NCBI GenBank assembly: GCA_963838905.1
Contig: CAWITE010000012.1
Location: 133,650 to 173,649 of the forward strand
Length of the DNA: 40,000 nt
Direction: 5' to 3'
Origin: an uncultured Acidobacteriota bacterium
Lineage (GTDB): Bacteria; Acidobacteriota; Terriglobia; Terriglobales; Acidobacteriaceae
A program made the translations under genes and the position numbers. Every line of letters begins with the position of its first letter. Position 1 is the first letter of the stretch. The notes under the pieces were generated by a model that searched no databases, was not told where the DNA came from, and saw nothing but the letters and a program-made list of their open reading frames with translations. Below are positions 10,194 through 19,322 of this stretch, in pieces.

Positions 10194-10520
10194 TTAGTAG
10201 CAGCCGGTGTGCGGTGTGAAGCTTTGCCGGTAGCTCAAGTTGTCGATGTCACGGAACAATGGCGTTCCTGGCGGCAGGTGTGGCTGCCTGAAGAGAGATC
10301 GAAGATGTAGTTTCGGAGCCGGGGGATCGTAGGTAGTGTTGCCGTCGTTTTTGTCCCTTCCCGTAGAGTAAGTGGAGTAGTACAGGCTGGCCATAGATCC
10401 CTTGTAATTGAGGGTCTGACCGTCCCAAATCGTGAGCAGGCCAATGGCAATGCCTGACATCAGCAACAGCATCAGCGTTGCAATCAGAGTGAATCCTCGA
10501 GTTTTTCGCGTCGGAAGCAT
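10194..10520 (-). CDS. Small membrane-anchored protein with a prepilin-like N-terminus
   Basis: MLPTRKTRGFTLIATLMLLLMSGIAIGLL resembles the type IV pilin/pseudopilin leader (G/FTLI + hydrophobic helix), but the usual Glu+5 is Ala. Followed by a terminator. The rest has no recognisable family. Confidence 0.4.
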   Translation of the reverse strand: MLPTRKTRGFTLIATLMLLLMSGIAIGLLTIWDGQTLNYKGSMASLYYSTYSTGRDKNDGNTTYDPPAPKLHLRSLFRQPHLPPGTPLFRDIDNLSYRQSFTPHTGCY

Positions 10521-10991
10521 AATCTTTTCCCTCCTTCTTCGGGGAGTCGACCCTTGCCCGGACCTTGACCTTCGATCTTCTTCCCAAGTGCTATTTCGGG
10601 ATTGAGCCGTCTAGCAACGCCGCATGTTACTCTCAGAAGAAAGGGAATTTCTTCGTCAGCGGCGCACAGGCGCTAACCCGCATACAAACTCTGGTTAGGG
10701 GGGAGGGGAGAGCCGGGGAGAGCGTCAAAGCACCAAAGCTGGTGGGGGACTTGTTAGACTTACGTAACGTAACTTGGCGAGATAACTCTAGTCCTTTTGG
10801 CACTCCGCCAGCTGGGATCGCGTCTGAAGTTGCGTTGACAGATATCCTTGACGGATAGTTCTAATGGATTCATGCCGGAATCCGATAGAAGTTACACAAA
10901 AAGCGGCGGTTATTATCTGAGCTACAACTCGACTGGGGAAGCGTCGCATCTTAGAACCTAATTCGAGGTTTCTACATCTTTATACCTAGCA

Positions 10992-11025
10992 GTTCAGAAC
11001 TCCTCATAAAAGTGGTGTTCAGAAC
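10992..11025. promoter_or_regulatory. Two copies of the near-palindrome GTTCAGAAC upstream of the radical SAM gene (candidate operator)
   Basis: GTTCAGAAC occurs at 10992-11000 and 11017-11025, 25 bp centre to centre and 27 bp upstream of the AGGAG/ATG at 11042/11052. Confidence 0.3.
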
Positions 11026-11051
11026 GGGCCGCCGTCGTGGCAGGAGAGTTC

Positions 11052-12167
11052 ATGTTGAAAAATGCAGCGGTCGTGTCTGTCGGCAAAACCCCTCCCAGTC
11101 TTACTCCTCGCGATTTAGTCCGAGCCGGGTGGCGGGTGCTCAATGGTTACACGCCGATGCTTTCCATTGAGATCACTCGTGAGTGTCCTCTGAGCTGCCC
11201 CGGCTGTTACGCCTATGGCGAAAGCCACCTGGGAGGAGAAACCACGCTGCGCGACCTTAGCGACTTTCGCGGTGATGATTTGGTCGAGAATGTCGTCAAC
11301 CTGGTCCGCCGGCACCGGCCGATGCACGTTTCCCTGGTCGGAGGCGAGCCGATGATTCGTCATCGGGAACTGGATCGCATTCTCCCAGCCCTCAGCGACA
11401 TGGGTGTCTTCACCATGGTCGTGACCAGCGCAGTTATTCCCATCCCGGCGCACTGGATGAAAATCCCTCGCTTGCGCGTCGCGGTTTCCGTTGACGGCCT
11501 TCCGGAGCATCACGATCCGCGCCGCAAGCCTGCAACCTACGAACGCATCCTCAAGAATGTCGCCGGACGATCGATCAACGTGCACTGGGTGATCACCCGG
11601 CCGATGCTGGAGAGGGCTTCTTATCTCGAGGAGTATGTCGCTTTCTGGAATGCGCGGCCTGAGGTCGATCATATTTGGGTGAGCCTGTACAGTCCGCAAA
11701 TGAATGAGGAAAGCCCGGAGCGGTTGAGCGCGGAAGACCGCGAATTCGTGGCGCGGACGCTCCCTCCCCTGCGTCATAGCTATGCAAAGCTGCAGATGCC
11801 GGAGGGAATGGCACAGGCGTTCGTGAAGCCGCCAACATCTCCGAAGGATTGCCTGTTCTCGAAGGTGTCGATGAACTATTCCGCGGATCTGCGCACTCGC
11901 GTCGAGCCCTGTGTTTTCGGTGGAAATCCCGATTGCAGCCAGTGCGGCTGCAGCATCAGCAGCGCGCTGCACTGGGTTCGCGAGGTGAAACTGGCAGGGC
12001 CATTGAAGGTTGGTCATCTGGTGCAATCTGCATTGAGCGTAGGATCCACCATGAGCAAATTACGCACCGAATTCCGGCCGCCGAACCGCTGGCAAGCGGG
12101 AGCGCACTCCTCTGATGAGACCAGTCCACTGGTTCAGATTCAAGCTCAGGTTCCCAAGGAGATTTAG
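11052..12167 (+). CDS. Radical SAM protein with a Cys-rich C-terminal (SPASM/twitch-like) region
   Basis: CPLSCPGCY (CxxxCxxC) after ITRE, GGEPM, and a C-terminal CVFGGNPDCSQCGC. ATG 11052 is preceded by AGGAG with a 5-nt spacer. The track start, GTG 11037, is also possible. Confidence 0.8.
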   Translation: MLKNAAVVSVGKTPPSLTPRDLVRAGWRVLNGYTPMLSIEITRECPLSCPGCYAYGESHLGGETTLRDLSDFRGDDLVENVVNLVRRHRPMHVSLVGGEPMIRHRELDRILPALSDMGVFTMVVTSAVIPIPAHWMKIPRLRVAVSVDGLPEHHDPRRKPATYERILKNVAGRSINVHWVITRPMLERASYLEEYVAFWNARPEVDHIWVSLYSPQMNEESPERLSAEDREFVARTLPPLRHSYAKLQMPEGMAQAFVKPPTSPKDCLFSKVSMNYSADLRTRVEPCVFGGNPDCSQCGCSISSALHWVREVKLAGPLKVGHLVQSALSVGSTMSKLRTEFRPPNRWQAGAHSSDETSPLVQIQAQVPKEI

Positions 12168-12355
12168 CACAGGCCTCGACACGCTGCCGGCTAAAGCATC
12201 TACACATTCCTCAGTCTTTCGACAATCGGCCGCAGAACGCCGTCCTGATTCCGTCCTCACCCCGTGATAGGTTGAGCATAACGGCCACTCTCATGAAGAA
12301 TGGAGAGGCTCCTCTGCCGTACGACGGGTAGCATGGCTAGCGTGAGGGAGACTTT

Positions 12356-13335
12356 ATGGCTCACCTGAACGCCGAATGGCAAGCGAGGCTTGTAGCTTTT
12401 GCCTGGTTGCTTGCGGCGGTGGCGGTATCGCATATTGCCCATTACGTTCTCCACGCGCTTTTTCGCCGTCTCTCGTTGCGGCGGCACAGCATTGTTGCGG
12501 AAGAGATCGTCACGCACACCCAGCAGGTCTCGCGATTGATGTTTCTTTTGATCGCGGTTTCGATGGTCCTTCCAAAATTCGATGTTCCTGACTGGCTGGC
12601 GGATCCCCTGGAGCACGGCTTCGAAATTGGTTACATCATCGTGATCGCATGGCTGGCGATCGGAGTCATCGAAGTCTTCAATGCTCTGGTAAACCACAAT
12701 CTGCCGCAAGACCTCGCGGACAATGTGAGGGCGCGGCGCAGACACACCCGGACGCACCTTCTCCGGCAAATCGGGGTCGGACTCATTGCCTGTAGCGCGC
12801 TGGCCGCCGTCCTGATGACCTTCCCAAGCATCCGCAACGTCGGTGCCGGACTGTTCGCGTCGGCCGGACTTGCGGGTCTGGTGCTGGCATGGCGGCGCGC
12901 CCAACCCTCGGCGATCTGATCGCTGGCATTCAGATCGCGCTGACCGAGCCGATCCGCATCGAGGACGCGGTGGTGGTCGAAGGAGAATTAGGCCGTGTGG
13001 TGGAGGTAAATACGACCTATGTTATCGTCCACCTCAGGGACCTGAGACATCTGGTCGTTCCGCTGTCCTACTTCATCGAGAAGCCATTTCAAAACTGGAC
13101 GCGCTATTCTTCCGACTTGATCGGCGTGGTTCTTCTGTACACGGATTACACGGTGCCAGTTGACAAGCTTCGGGAAGAGTACCGGCAAATTCTGGAGAGC
13201 TCGCCGCTCTGGGATCGAAAAGTGATGGCCGTGCAAGGAACCGATGCGAAGGAACGCAGCGTAGAACTGCGCTTCCTGATGAGCGCCGGCAATCCCACTA
13301 CTACCTTCGACTTCCGAGTAGAGGAGTCCCGGTGA
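12356..13335 (+). pseudogene. MscS-family mechanosensitive channel, split by a frameshift near 12885-12895 (or a sequencing error)
   Basis: ORF 12356-12919 carries TM helices and ends ...SAGLAGLVLAWRRAQPSAI*. ORF 12889-13335, in another frame, continues MAARPTLGDLIAGIQIALTEPIRIEDAVVVEGELGRVVEV..., the conserved MscS pore and beta-domain junction. One extra base in CTGGCATGG would fuse them as ...AGLVLGMAARPTLGDLIAG. Confidence 0.65.
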
Positions 13336-13424
13336 GCTGTAGGCTTCCTTTGGCTGTATCCGCCGTTTCCAGCTTCGTGCCCGCTTAAGTCCACCATGGC
13401 TCATCGGGGATCTCCCCCCTCACG

Positions 13425-13457
13425 GACCCCACCGTGCAGATTTCCCGCAGTGGGTTC
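13425..13457 (-). ncRNA. Candidate group II intron domain V
   Basis: GAACCCACUGCGGGAAAUCUGCACGGUGGGGUC folds as a 9-position lower helix (one A x G mismatch), an AC bulge, a 4-bp upper helix and a GAAA(U) loop. This is the canonical DV architecture. The usual AGC triad reads AAC here. Confidence 0.6.
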
Positions 13458-13458
13458 T

Positions 13459-14769
13459 TCAGGCGCGACTCCCCGCCCCCGCCCGGGCCTGTGTGATCCG
13501 AGGTAGCAGCAGCGGGTACTGACGTAGGATTTCTGCAAACCTTTCCCACGTCAGCTGCTTTCCACGTGTCCGGCGGCTCAGCCATTCCCGCCAGATGCAA
13601 CGGACTCTCTGATAGAACTGCCGAATAGCGCGGTAGTTCGTGCGTCGTCCGTAGTACTGGTAATGGCCGCGGAGCTTGGCGTTCAGGGTTTTCTGCTGCT
13701 CGTTCACCGCATCGTGCCGGTGCTGTTTGCACCATTCCCAGATTGCCTTCAGCCCTCTACCAAGCCGCTTGGCAATGGTCTTCACGTGCACTGTGAACCT
13801 CCCCTGTCGGCTGCGGGTGCATATGTGCACAAAGCCCAAGAAATTGAAGGTTGCAGGTTTCTTTCCCTGCTTCCTCGCGTTCTTGGCTGCATATCGCCCG
13901 AATTCAATCAGCCGCGTCTTCTCCGGGTGCAGTGTCAAACCGTATTTCTCGAATCGCTTCGGCAAGACAGCCAGCACCTTTTCTGCGTCCTCCTTGTGCT
14001 GAAAGCACAAGATGGCATCATCAGCAAAGCGGATCTCGTAGGCTTCCCCTTTTAGCCGGGGCTTCACTTCGTTCTCGAACCATTCGTCGAGAATGTAGTG
14101 CAGGAATATATTGGCCAGGAGCGGACTGATGGGTTGCCCCTGTCCTGTACCTGTTTCGCTCACGAGTAGTCTGCCGTCTTCGATGACCCCGACCTTGATC
14201 CACTTTCCGATCAGTCGGAGCACGCTGCCGTCGGTTACCCGCTTCTCTATCATCTCAACCAGAGCCGATCTCACTATCGAGTCAAAGTATGAGCGGATGT
14301 CAATCTCCAGAATCCACCCTATGGGCCGGGTACAGATCATCCGTCCCACCTCATCCAGTGCTTGGTGTTGCCCGCGTCCGGGTCGAAACCCATACGAGCA
14401 ATCGAGAAAATCCTGCTCATAGATGGCGTTTAATAGGCCAACCGCCGCTTTCTGCACGATCTTATCCTCGAGGACGGGAATCGAGATCGGCCTCTGTTTC
14501 CCGTCTTCTTTGGGAATATAGACACGTCGCAGTGGTTGGGCCCGATACTTGCCTTCTTTGAGCCGCTGGTGGAGCTGTCGGATATTCTCTTCAGCGTTCG
14601 TCTCGTATTGTTGGTACGTGACGCCGTCGATCCCAGCACTGGCATCCTTTCGCAGACTCCGGAACGCCTCATACAACTTCTCGCCTGTGATCAGGTGAGC
14701 CATAGAGTAGAACTGCCGTTTCGGATCTTCCTTGGCGAGTTCAGCTATTCTGTTGATGTCTGTGAACAT
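13459..14769 (-). CDS. Group II intron reverse transcriptase/maturase (no endonuclease domain)
   Basis: RT motifs RRVYIPKEDGKQRPISIPVLEDKIVQ, YGFRPGRGQHQAL, DIRSYFDSI, QGQPISPLLANIFL, RFADDAILCF and FLGF, plus the maturase X motif LNAKLRGHYQYYG. 436 aa. Confidence 0.9.
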   Translation of the reverse strand: MFTDINRIAELAKEDPKRQFYSMAHLITGEKLYEAFRSLRKDASAGIDGVTYQQYETNAEENIRQLHQRLKEGKYRAQPLRRVYIPKEDGKQRPISIPVLEDKIVQKAAVGLLNAIYEQDFLDCSYGFRPGRGQHQALDEVGRMICTRPIGWILEIDIRSYFDSIVRSALVEMIEKRVTDGSVLRLIGKWIKVGVIEDGRLLVSETGTGQGQPISPLLANIFLHYILDEWFENEVKPRLKGEAYEIRFADDAILCFQHKEDAEKVLAVLPKRFEKYGLTLHPEKTRLIEFGRYAAKNARKQGKKPATFNFLGFVHICTRSRQGRFTVHVKTIAKRLGRGLKAIWEWCKQHRHDAVNEQQKTLNAKLRGHYQYYGRRTNYRAIRQFYQRVRCIWREWLSRRTRGKQLTWERFAEILRQYPLLLPRITQARAGAGSRA

Positions 14770-15575
14770 ATCGTTTCGAGTTCAGGGCCTCGTTATGTTT
14801 CCTTTCAGCAGATTCGTGCGCTTGCTTCCCCCTTCCCTCCAGTGGGTTCCGTGGCCGCCCGTTTCCGGAGCCCTGCGGTTCCCCACCTTCGTCGGTACTA
14901 TAAGGTTGTAAGACTGCTCCAGCATCCGTCCGTGCTTCCTCCGGTCGACCCTTGGTTGCACGTACCTCTCGATCCATTTCCAGAGGCGGTCCTCCTGGTA
15001 TGAGAGGAGATGGAGAGCTCTCTTCGGTTCCTGGGCCATCCCTGTGGAGCATGCCTTGGGCTAGAGACCCCGGCGAGTCGGCGCGACCTCGCGTTAACGG
15101 TCGCCGCCAGATACTGCCTTCCGCTGGCGCAAACACGTCGGCCTCGCAACGATACATGATTTCGGGGCTGAATCCTCACGGCCTGCTACCTTGTTGTCTA
15201 CGCTTCGCACCCACCAGTCGCCCGGTGAATGGCAAGACTCACTACTGGCCTGTCTGCTCGACTTTGGTCAGGCGGGATTTGCACCCGCTGGATGACAATA
15301 AGAGGTTTCGCTTATCTCACTAACAGTTCCTCCTCTTCCAAGCTTTTCCGAACGCGATGCGCTGTTATGTTCGCGAGGGTTGATCCAATATCTTCAGGAG
15401 CACTATCCACAGGCACTTCCGCGAATTCGTTCCGAGGTCTCGCTGGTTGATGCAAGTTCGAAAGGGATCGCGCACTCGGCTAGTCAGCGACCGGATGCGT
15501 AATCTAATGTTATGTAACTAACTGCCCTCAGCAGTCGAGCGCTGGCACTCGCTCTTGTGAGAGAGGACGAGCCTG

Positions 15576-17510
15576 CTATGCCGTCAACACCTGGTCGAGT
15601 AGCTGTCCCACAGCTCGTTGCGCTTCCAGGATCGAATAGCGATGGTCCATCGCGCCAGCCAGATCAGTGTTGGCAAACGCAATCCGGCCGAACGGTGCAT
15701 TCCGCAAAATCTCGCGAGGGGCAGGTTGACCACCTCGGCCAAAAAAGAATCCGGGCTGCGGACTCAGATAAGCGTGGCCCCAACGGTTCAGGATAATGCC
15801 GGCGATGTCCCGCTGCGCGCTGAAACCGGCGCTCCCGAACATCTCAGTGAACTGTTCACGGATTTGTCTTTCATAGTCTCTGAAGGATGTTCCGATCAAC
15901 TCCCCGCGACCCCGATTTCCCTGCTCTTCAGTTGAATACCCGGGATACGAGTACAGAATCTTCAGGCTGAGAACGATGGGCGAGTCTGGACCGATGGTGG
16001 AATCCTCTACGCCGGTCAGGGCCAGTTTGCGAACTTCCATGTAATTGCCGATCCCTTCAAACCAACGGCAACCGCTCATTCCCATCCGGTACAAGAAGCG
16101 CCAGTTTCTCACGGCAACGTTGGCCATCATGCAGGGAGAACGGTAGAACTCCGCATACGCCTTGCGGTGGGTTTCCGGAAGGTCCTTCACGATGTGTTTG
16201 GTAGTCCAACATCCGCCCGCCATCAGAGCAGAGAGGGTCTTGACTCGGTACAGCTTGCCTTCTTTCAGGTATGCGATGGTAACGGAGTTGGCTTTGCTCG
16301 CTTCCCCATCGTGCTGGACGTGAATAACAGTTGAGGATAGGCGAATTCTCGCCGTGGTTCCCGAAAGGTCAAGAGCGGAAAAGTTTACCTTATTGCCGCT
16401 AACGCCTTCCACATGATCCGGACCGTTAATAGCGCTGGGGATCAAACTTTTCAACATCAGTCTCGCAATCGTCGTGTTGCCGCCCGGAAACATCTGATCC
16501 GAGCCCCCGTTTTCCTCTGGCAACGGGTGCAGCATTTCAAACGCGTAGTCTGAATAGGCAGACAAAGCATCGGGGCCCAGACCCGAGCCTCCACCTTCCA
16601 CCGGGGAAAGAAAAGTTCGAACGGTTTCGCGGCTGAGACCGAACCGCTCCATATAATGCTGTTCGAGAGTGATCGAGTCGAGGTACCGGGAAATCGCATC
16701 CCCTTCCACCTGGGGACGCTCGAACTTCGTCTTTTCCACCGGCTCGCCTTTCAACCAGCGCAGCCATTCGAGCCGAGTTTCTTTGAGAACTGGAGCGCCT
16801 TTCAGATTCTTCCCAGCAGGATCGATCAACCACATTCCCGGTGCCTGTCCGAATTTCGCGCCAAACCAGAATCCGTATTGTCCATGCTGCAAACCCGCTG
16901 CTTCATACGGAGTTTTGGAAAGGGGAAACTCTGGCTCAGGTCCAGCCCATTTCTGATACGTCAGTTGAGGGACTTTCAAACCGATGGAATCGTAGAACCC
17001 CGCGAGAAAACTATGCGGGTACTGAATCTGATAGATCGCCGAGCCTTGGTGTGCGATCAGCCGCTTGCCATCCACGAGAAACTCATTTTGCTTGGCCTCT
17101 CCACCGAAAATGGGGTGGTTCTCAAGAATCAGGCACTTCATACCCGGACCGGCTTGGCGCTGGAAGAACAGGGCAGCGGCAAGCCCGCTGATCCCGCCAC
17201 CGATGATCACGCAATCATAACTCTCCCCGGTATCAACGATGTCCTTCGGAAGTGGCTCGTAGAGGCCGTCGCGGATTGCATGGCCTGCCTCGAGAACATC
17301 CAGAGTGTTGCCGTTTGAGGCGCTGTATTCGCCGACACCACCGTAGCCCGTAAATTCATCCCGTCCGCCGAGCAGTTCTGCGGGAGTGATTGGTCCGAGC
17401 AACACGGCTCCGGACGCTAATAGAGCAGAGCCGAGGAAGTCGCGTCGCGTAATTGGAGCTTCCATGCCAAGGCCCGCGTCGCGTGACAAACGGGATTTGC
17501 GATTAGGCAT
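15576..17510 (-). CDS. Tat-exported FAD-dependent oxidoreductase (amine oxidase / spermidine-dehydrogenase-like)
   Basis: Twin-arginine leader ITRRDFLGSALLASGAVLL. Dinucleotide-binding YDCVIIGGGISGLAAALFF. 644 aa. The substrate assignment is only a family-level guess. Confidence 0.7.
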   Translation of the reverse strand: MPNRKSRLSRDAGLGMEAPITRRDFLGSALLASGAVLLGPITPAELLGGRDEFTGYGGVGEYSASNGNTLDVLEAGHAIRDGLYEPLPKDIVDTGESYDCVIIGGGISGLAAALFFQRQAGPGMKCLILENHPIFGGEAKQNEFLVDGKRLIAHQGSAIYQIQYPHSFLAGFYDSIGLKVPQLTYQKWAGPEPEFPLSKTPYEAAGLQHGQYGFWFGAKFGQAPGMWLIDPAGKNLKGAPVLKETRLEWLRWLKGEPVEKTKFERPQVEGDAISRYLDSITLEQHYMERFGLSRETVRTFLSPVEGGGSGLGPDALSAYSDYAFEMLHPLPEENGGSDQMFPGGNTTIARLMLKSLIPSAINGPDHVEGVSGNKVNFSALDLSGTTARIRLSSTVIHVQHDGEASKANSVTIAYLKEGKLYRVKTLSALMAGGCWTTKHIVKDLPETHRKAYAEFYRSPCMMANVAVRNWRFLYRMGMSGCRWFEGIGNYMEVRKLALTGVEDSTIGPDSPIVLSLKILYSYPGYSTEEQGNRGRGELIGTSFRDYERQIREQFTEMFGSAGFSAQRDIAGIILNRWGHAYLSPQPGFFFGRGGQPAPREILRNAPFGRIAFANTDLAGAMDHRYSILEAQRAVGQLLDQVLTA

Positions 17511-17611
17511 GGTGACCGCTCCGCTCTTCGAGGCATCATCTCACGAGCCTAAGGGGACAAAGAAGGGGTGCGGAACCACTTGGTCATTCCCTTGGTGTTA
17601 GAATTCTCACC

Positions 17612-18142
17612 GTGATCGCAAAATTTCTGCAAACTGCCGTTTTGACCGGAGTTGTTACACTCGCAAATGAACAGGGGATTCCACGCCCCGATGTAGCCGA
17701 CAAGATTAAAGCGCCTGCCGGCGAGGAAGTTGTCTTGCAGGTTCACGCTTCGGGATCGCAGATCTACACCTGTCAGCAGGGAGCGGACGGCAAGTACGGT
17801 TGGACCCTGAAGGCTCCGGAAGCTGATCTTCACGATCAGCAAGGAGCGGTCGTCGGCCGACACTATGCTGGTCCTACCTGGAAGGACAACGATGGGAGTG
17901 AAGTCACCGGGAAAGCCGTAGCTCGGATCGATTCGCCCGATTCGGATTCGATTCCCTGGTTGCTCGTGACCGCCACTGGTCATTCCGGAAAGGGCGTCCT
18001 CAGCCGGGTCACCAGCATCCAGCGCATTCACACCCACGGCGGTCAGCCGCCACCAGCAACCACCTGCGATGCCTCAAAGCAGAACGTTGAAGTGAAGAGC
18101 AGCTACACTGCTGACTACTACTTCTACGCACCACCGAAATAA
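17612..18142 (+). CDS. DUF3455-family secreted protein
   Basis: Signal-like N-terminus, then GSQIYTC...GWTLKAPEADL...GRHYAGPTWKDNDGS...IPWLLV...RIHTHGG...ADYYFY, the DUF3455 pattern. GTG start. Confidence 0.7.
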   Translation: MIAKFLQTAVLTGVVTLANEQGIPRPDVADKIKAPAGEEVVLQVHASGSQIYTCQQGADGKYGWTLKAPEADLHDQQGAVVGRHYAGPTWKDNDGSEVTGKAVARIDSPDSDSIPWLLVTATGHSGKGVLSRVTSIQRIHTHGGQPPPATTCDASKQNVEVKSSYTADYYFYAPPK

Positions 18143-18193
18143 TTCAGTCGTTCTTGCGACGCAAACGACCAAGGACGGAGATTCGCCTTCTTG

Positions 18194-19258
18194 CTATTGC
18201 AGGTTCGCGTACTCCACCTTGGCTTCCTTCAGGATGGGAATGTCGGGGTCAGCGTCTTTCCACTCGGTGAAAAAGTCCTGATAGGCAATGCGAGCCTTTG
18301 CAGAGTCGCCCGACATAGCATACCCACGCGCCAGACCGAGTTGAACCAGGGACACATACGGGGACGGCCCAAAGGCAGTCTTGTGATCAAGATACTTCTT
18401 GGAACTCTGCCACTGCCTGCGGACCTTGCTTGGTCTGAAGATAGGCCAGACCACGCAAGTTTCGCTGACGCGATCCCTCAATTCGTAGGCCTTGCGGATG
18501 TATTCTTTTCCCGCTTCCGATTCGCCCTGGTTGTTGCAAATCGTAGCCATGCGTGCGTAGACCCAGGCGAAGTTCGGATCGAGTTCGACGGCTCGACGAT
18601 AAAACGGTAGCGCTGCCATTTCGCGGCCGTAATCGAACTCAGCATTCCCCAGCGCGAAGGCCTTGAGCGCATCGAGTGACGCCGTGGTTAGCTGCTCGAT
18701 GGGCACGTCGAACTTTTGCACCGAGGCCAGCGACTCGCCGAGCGTGCCACGCAATTTCGAAACGGAACTTCCGAGCGTCGACAGCACTTGTTCCTTGCTC
18801 GAGGCCTCCACCTGCTGCTGAGCAAGCGAGTCGCCGCTCTGGCAATTGACGGCGGTCAACGTAATGATGTATTGCGTGCGCAGGCTAGCGATGGACCCGG
18901 AAAGCATCGCCTTGCTGCCTACGCGTAGACACAAGTCACGGGCCAAATCGGTGGTGAGGCGCTCGTCCGGGGAGCGTCCCATACAAGTGAGCGTCTTCTG
19001 GACTTGGGCTTGTGCGCGCAAGGGCGATTGGTTGAGGTCCACGGCGAGAGCTTGCTTCAACGTACCGTCGAACACTGGGTCGCCGGTGGTGTTGGAGAAG
19101 TCGGCAAGCACCACGGTGTCTTTCTCAGTCAGTTTTGCAGGACGAGTAGATCGAAAATAAAGAACTCCGCCGATCAACAGGATTACCATGCCGGCGGGGA
19201 GCAAGATTTTCCAAAGCGTCTTGCCAGGTGCAACGGTACCCACGCTCGCTGCCGACAC
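18194..19258 (-). CDS. Membrane-anchored TPR-repeat protein (sensor-type module usually seen C-terminal to Ser/Thr kinases)
   Basis: N-terminal TM segment (ILLPAGMVILLIGGVLYF), VVLADFSNTTGDPVFDGTLKQALAVDLNQSP, TPR-like ALPFYRRAVELDPNFAWVY, and a C-terminal KARIAYQDFFTEWKDADPDIPILKEAK. Confidence 0.7.
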   Translation of the reverse strand: MSAASVGTVAPGKTLWKILLPAGMVILLIGGVLYFRSTRPAKLTEKDTVVLADFSNTTGDPVFDGTLKQALAVDLNQSPLRAQAQVQKTLTCMGRSPDERLTTDLARDLCLRVGSKAMLSGSIASLRTQYIITLTAVNCQSGDSLAQQQVEASSKEQVLSTLGSSVSKLRGTLGESLASVQKFDVPIEQLTTASLDALKAFALGNAEFDYGREMAALPFYRRAVELDPNFAWVYARMATICNNQGESEAGKEYIRKAYELRDRVSETCVVWPIFRPSKVRRQWQSSKKYLDHKTAFGPSPYVSLVQLGLARGYAMSGDSAKARIAYQDFFTEWKDADPDIPILKEAKVEYANLQ

Positions 19259-19322
19259 GGATGATCCCGAGCCGGGGGCTGCTGAAACTGGAGCGGGGAA
19301 TTCTCCGTTGACACCGCTGTAT

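Larger units (their letters stand above)
13396..15475 (-). mobile_element. Group II intron (ribozyme plus intron-encoded RT/maturase); the 3' boundary is approximate
   Basis: The minus strand begins GTGCGCG (complement of 15469-15475), matching the GUGYG 5' consensus. About 700 nt then precede the IEP ORF, a typical DI-DIII length. A domain V hairpin lies right after the ORF stop, followed by a GGGGG-AGA-UCCCC hairpin and ...GAUGAGCCAU ending at 13396. The 3' end could lie anywhere in 13339-13400. Confidence 0.8.

Noticed and set aside
10698-10720. G-rich tract GGGGGGAGGGGAGAGCCGGGGAG, considered as a G-quadruplex
   Set aside because: It has only three clear G-runs. A four-tract quadruplex would need the first run to split with a zero-length loop, so it is not compelling.
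10872-10961. 29-codon ORF upstream of the radical SAM gene, considered as a RiPP precursor
   Set aside because: It has no Shine-Dalgarno sequence, it lies 90 bp from the enzyme gene with the dyads in between, and nothing ties the peptide to a known precursor class. I mention it only as something to test.
11115-12026. 303-aa minus-strand ORF opposite the radical SAM gene
   Set aside because: It is an antisense shadow. The plus strand has the CxxxCxxC and GGEPM radical SAM motifs and an RBS.
12257-12904. 215-aa minus-strand ORF opposite the MscS N-terminal half
   Set aside because: It is an antisense shadow. It is highly charged and Arg-rich with no family resemblance, whereas the plus strand encodes TM helices continuous with the MscS core.
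13339-13395. Initial placement of the intron 3' end at ...GCCUAC (13339), with DV sought around the GGAAAC loop at about 13360
   Set aside because: No canonical DV can be folded there. A well-formed DV lies at 13425-13457, right after the IEP stop, which places the 3' splice site nearer 13396. The 13336-13395 segment is more likely exon or flank, although it can form a GUGGACUU/AAGCCUAC helix.
16656-17318. 220-aa plus-strand ORF inside the flavoprotein gene
   Set aside because: It is an antisense shadow. The minus strand has the Tat signal and FAD-binding motif.
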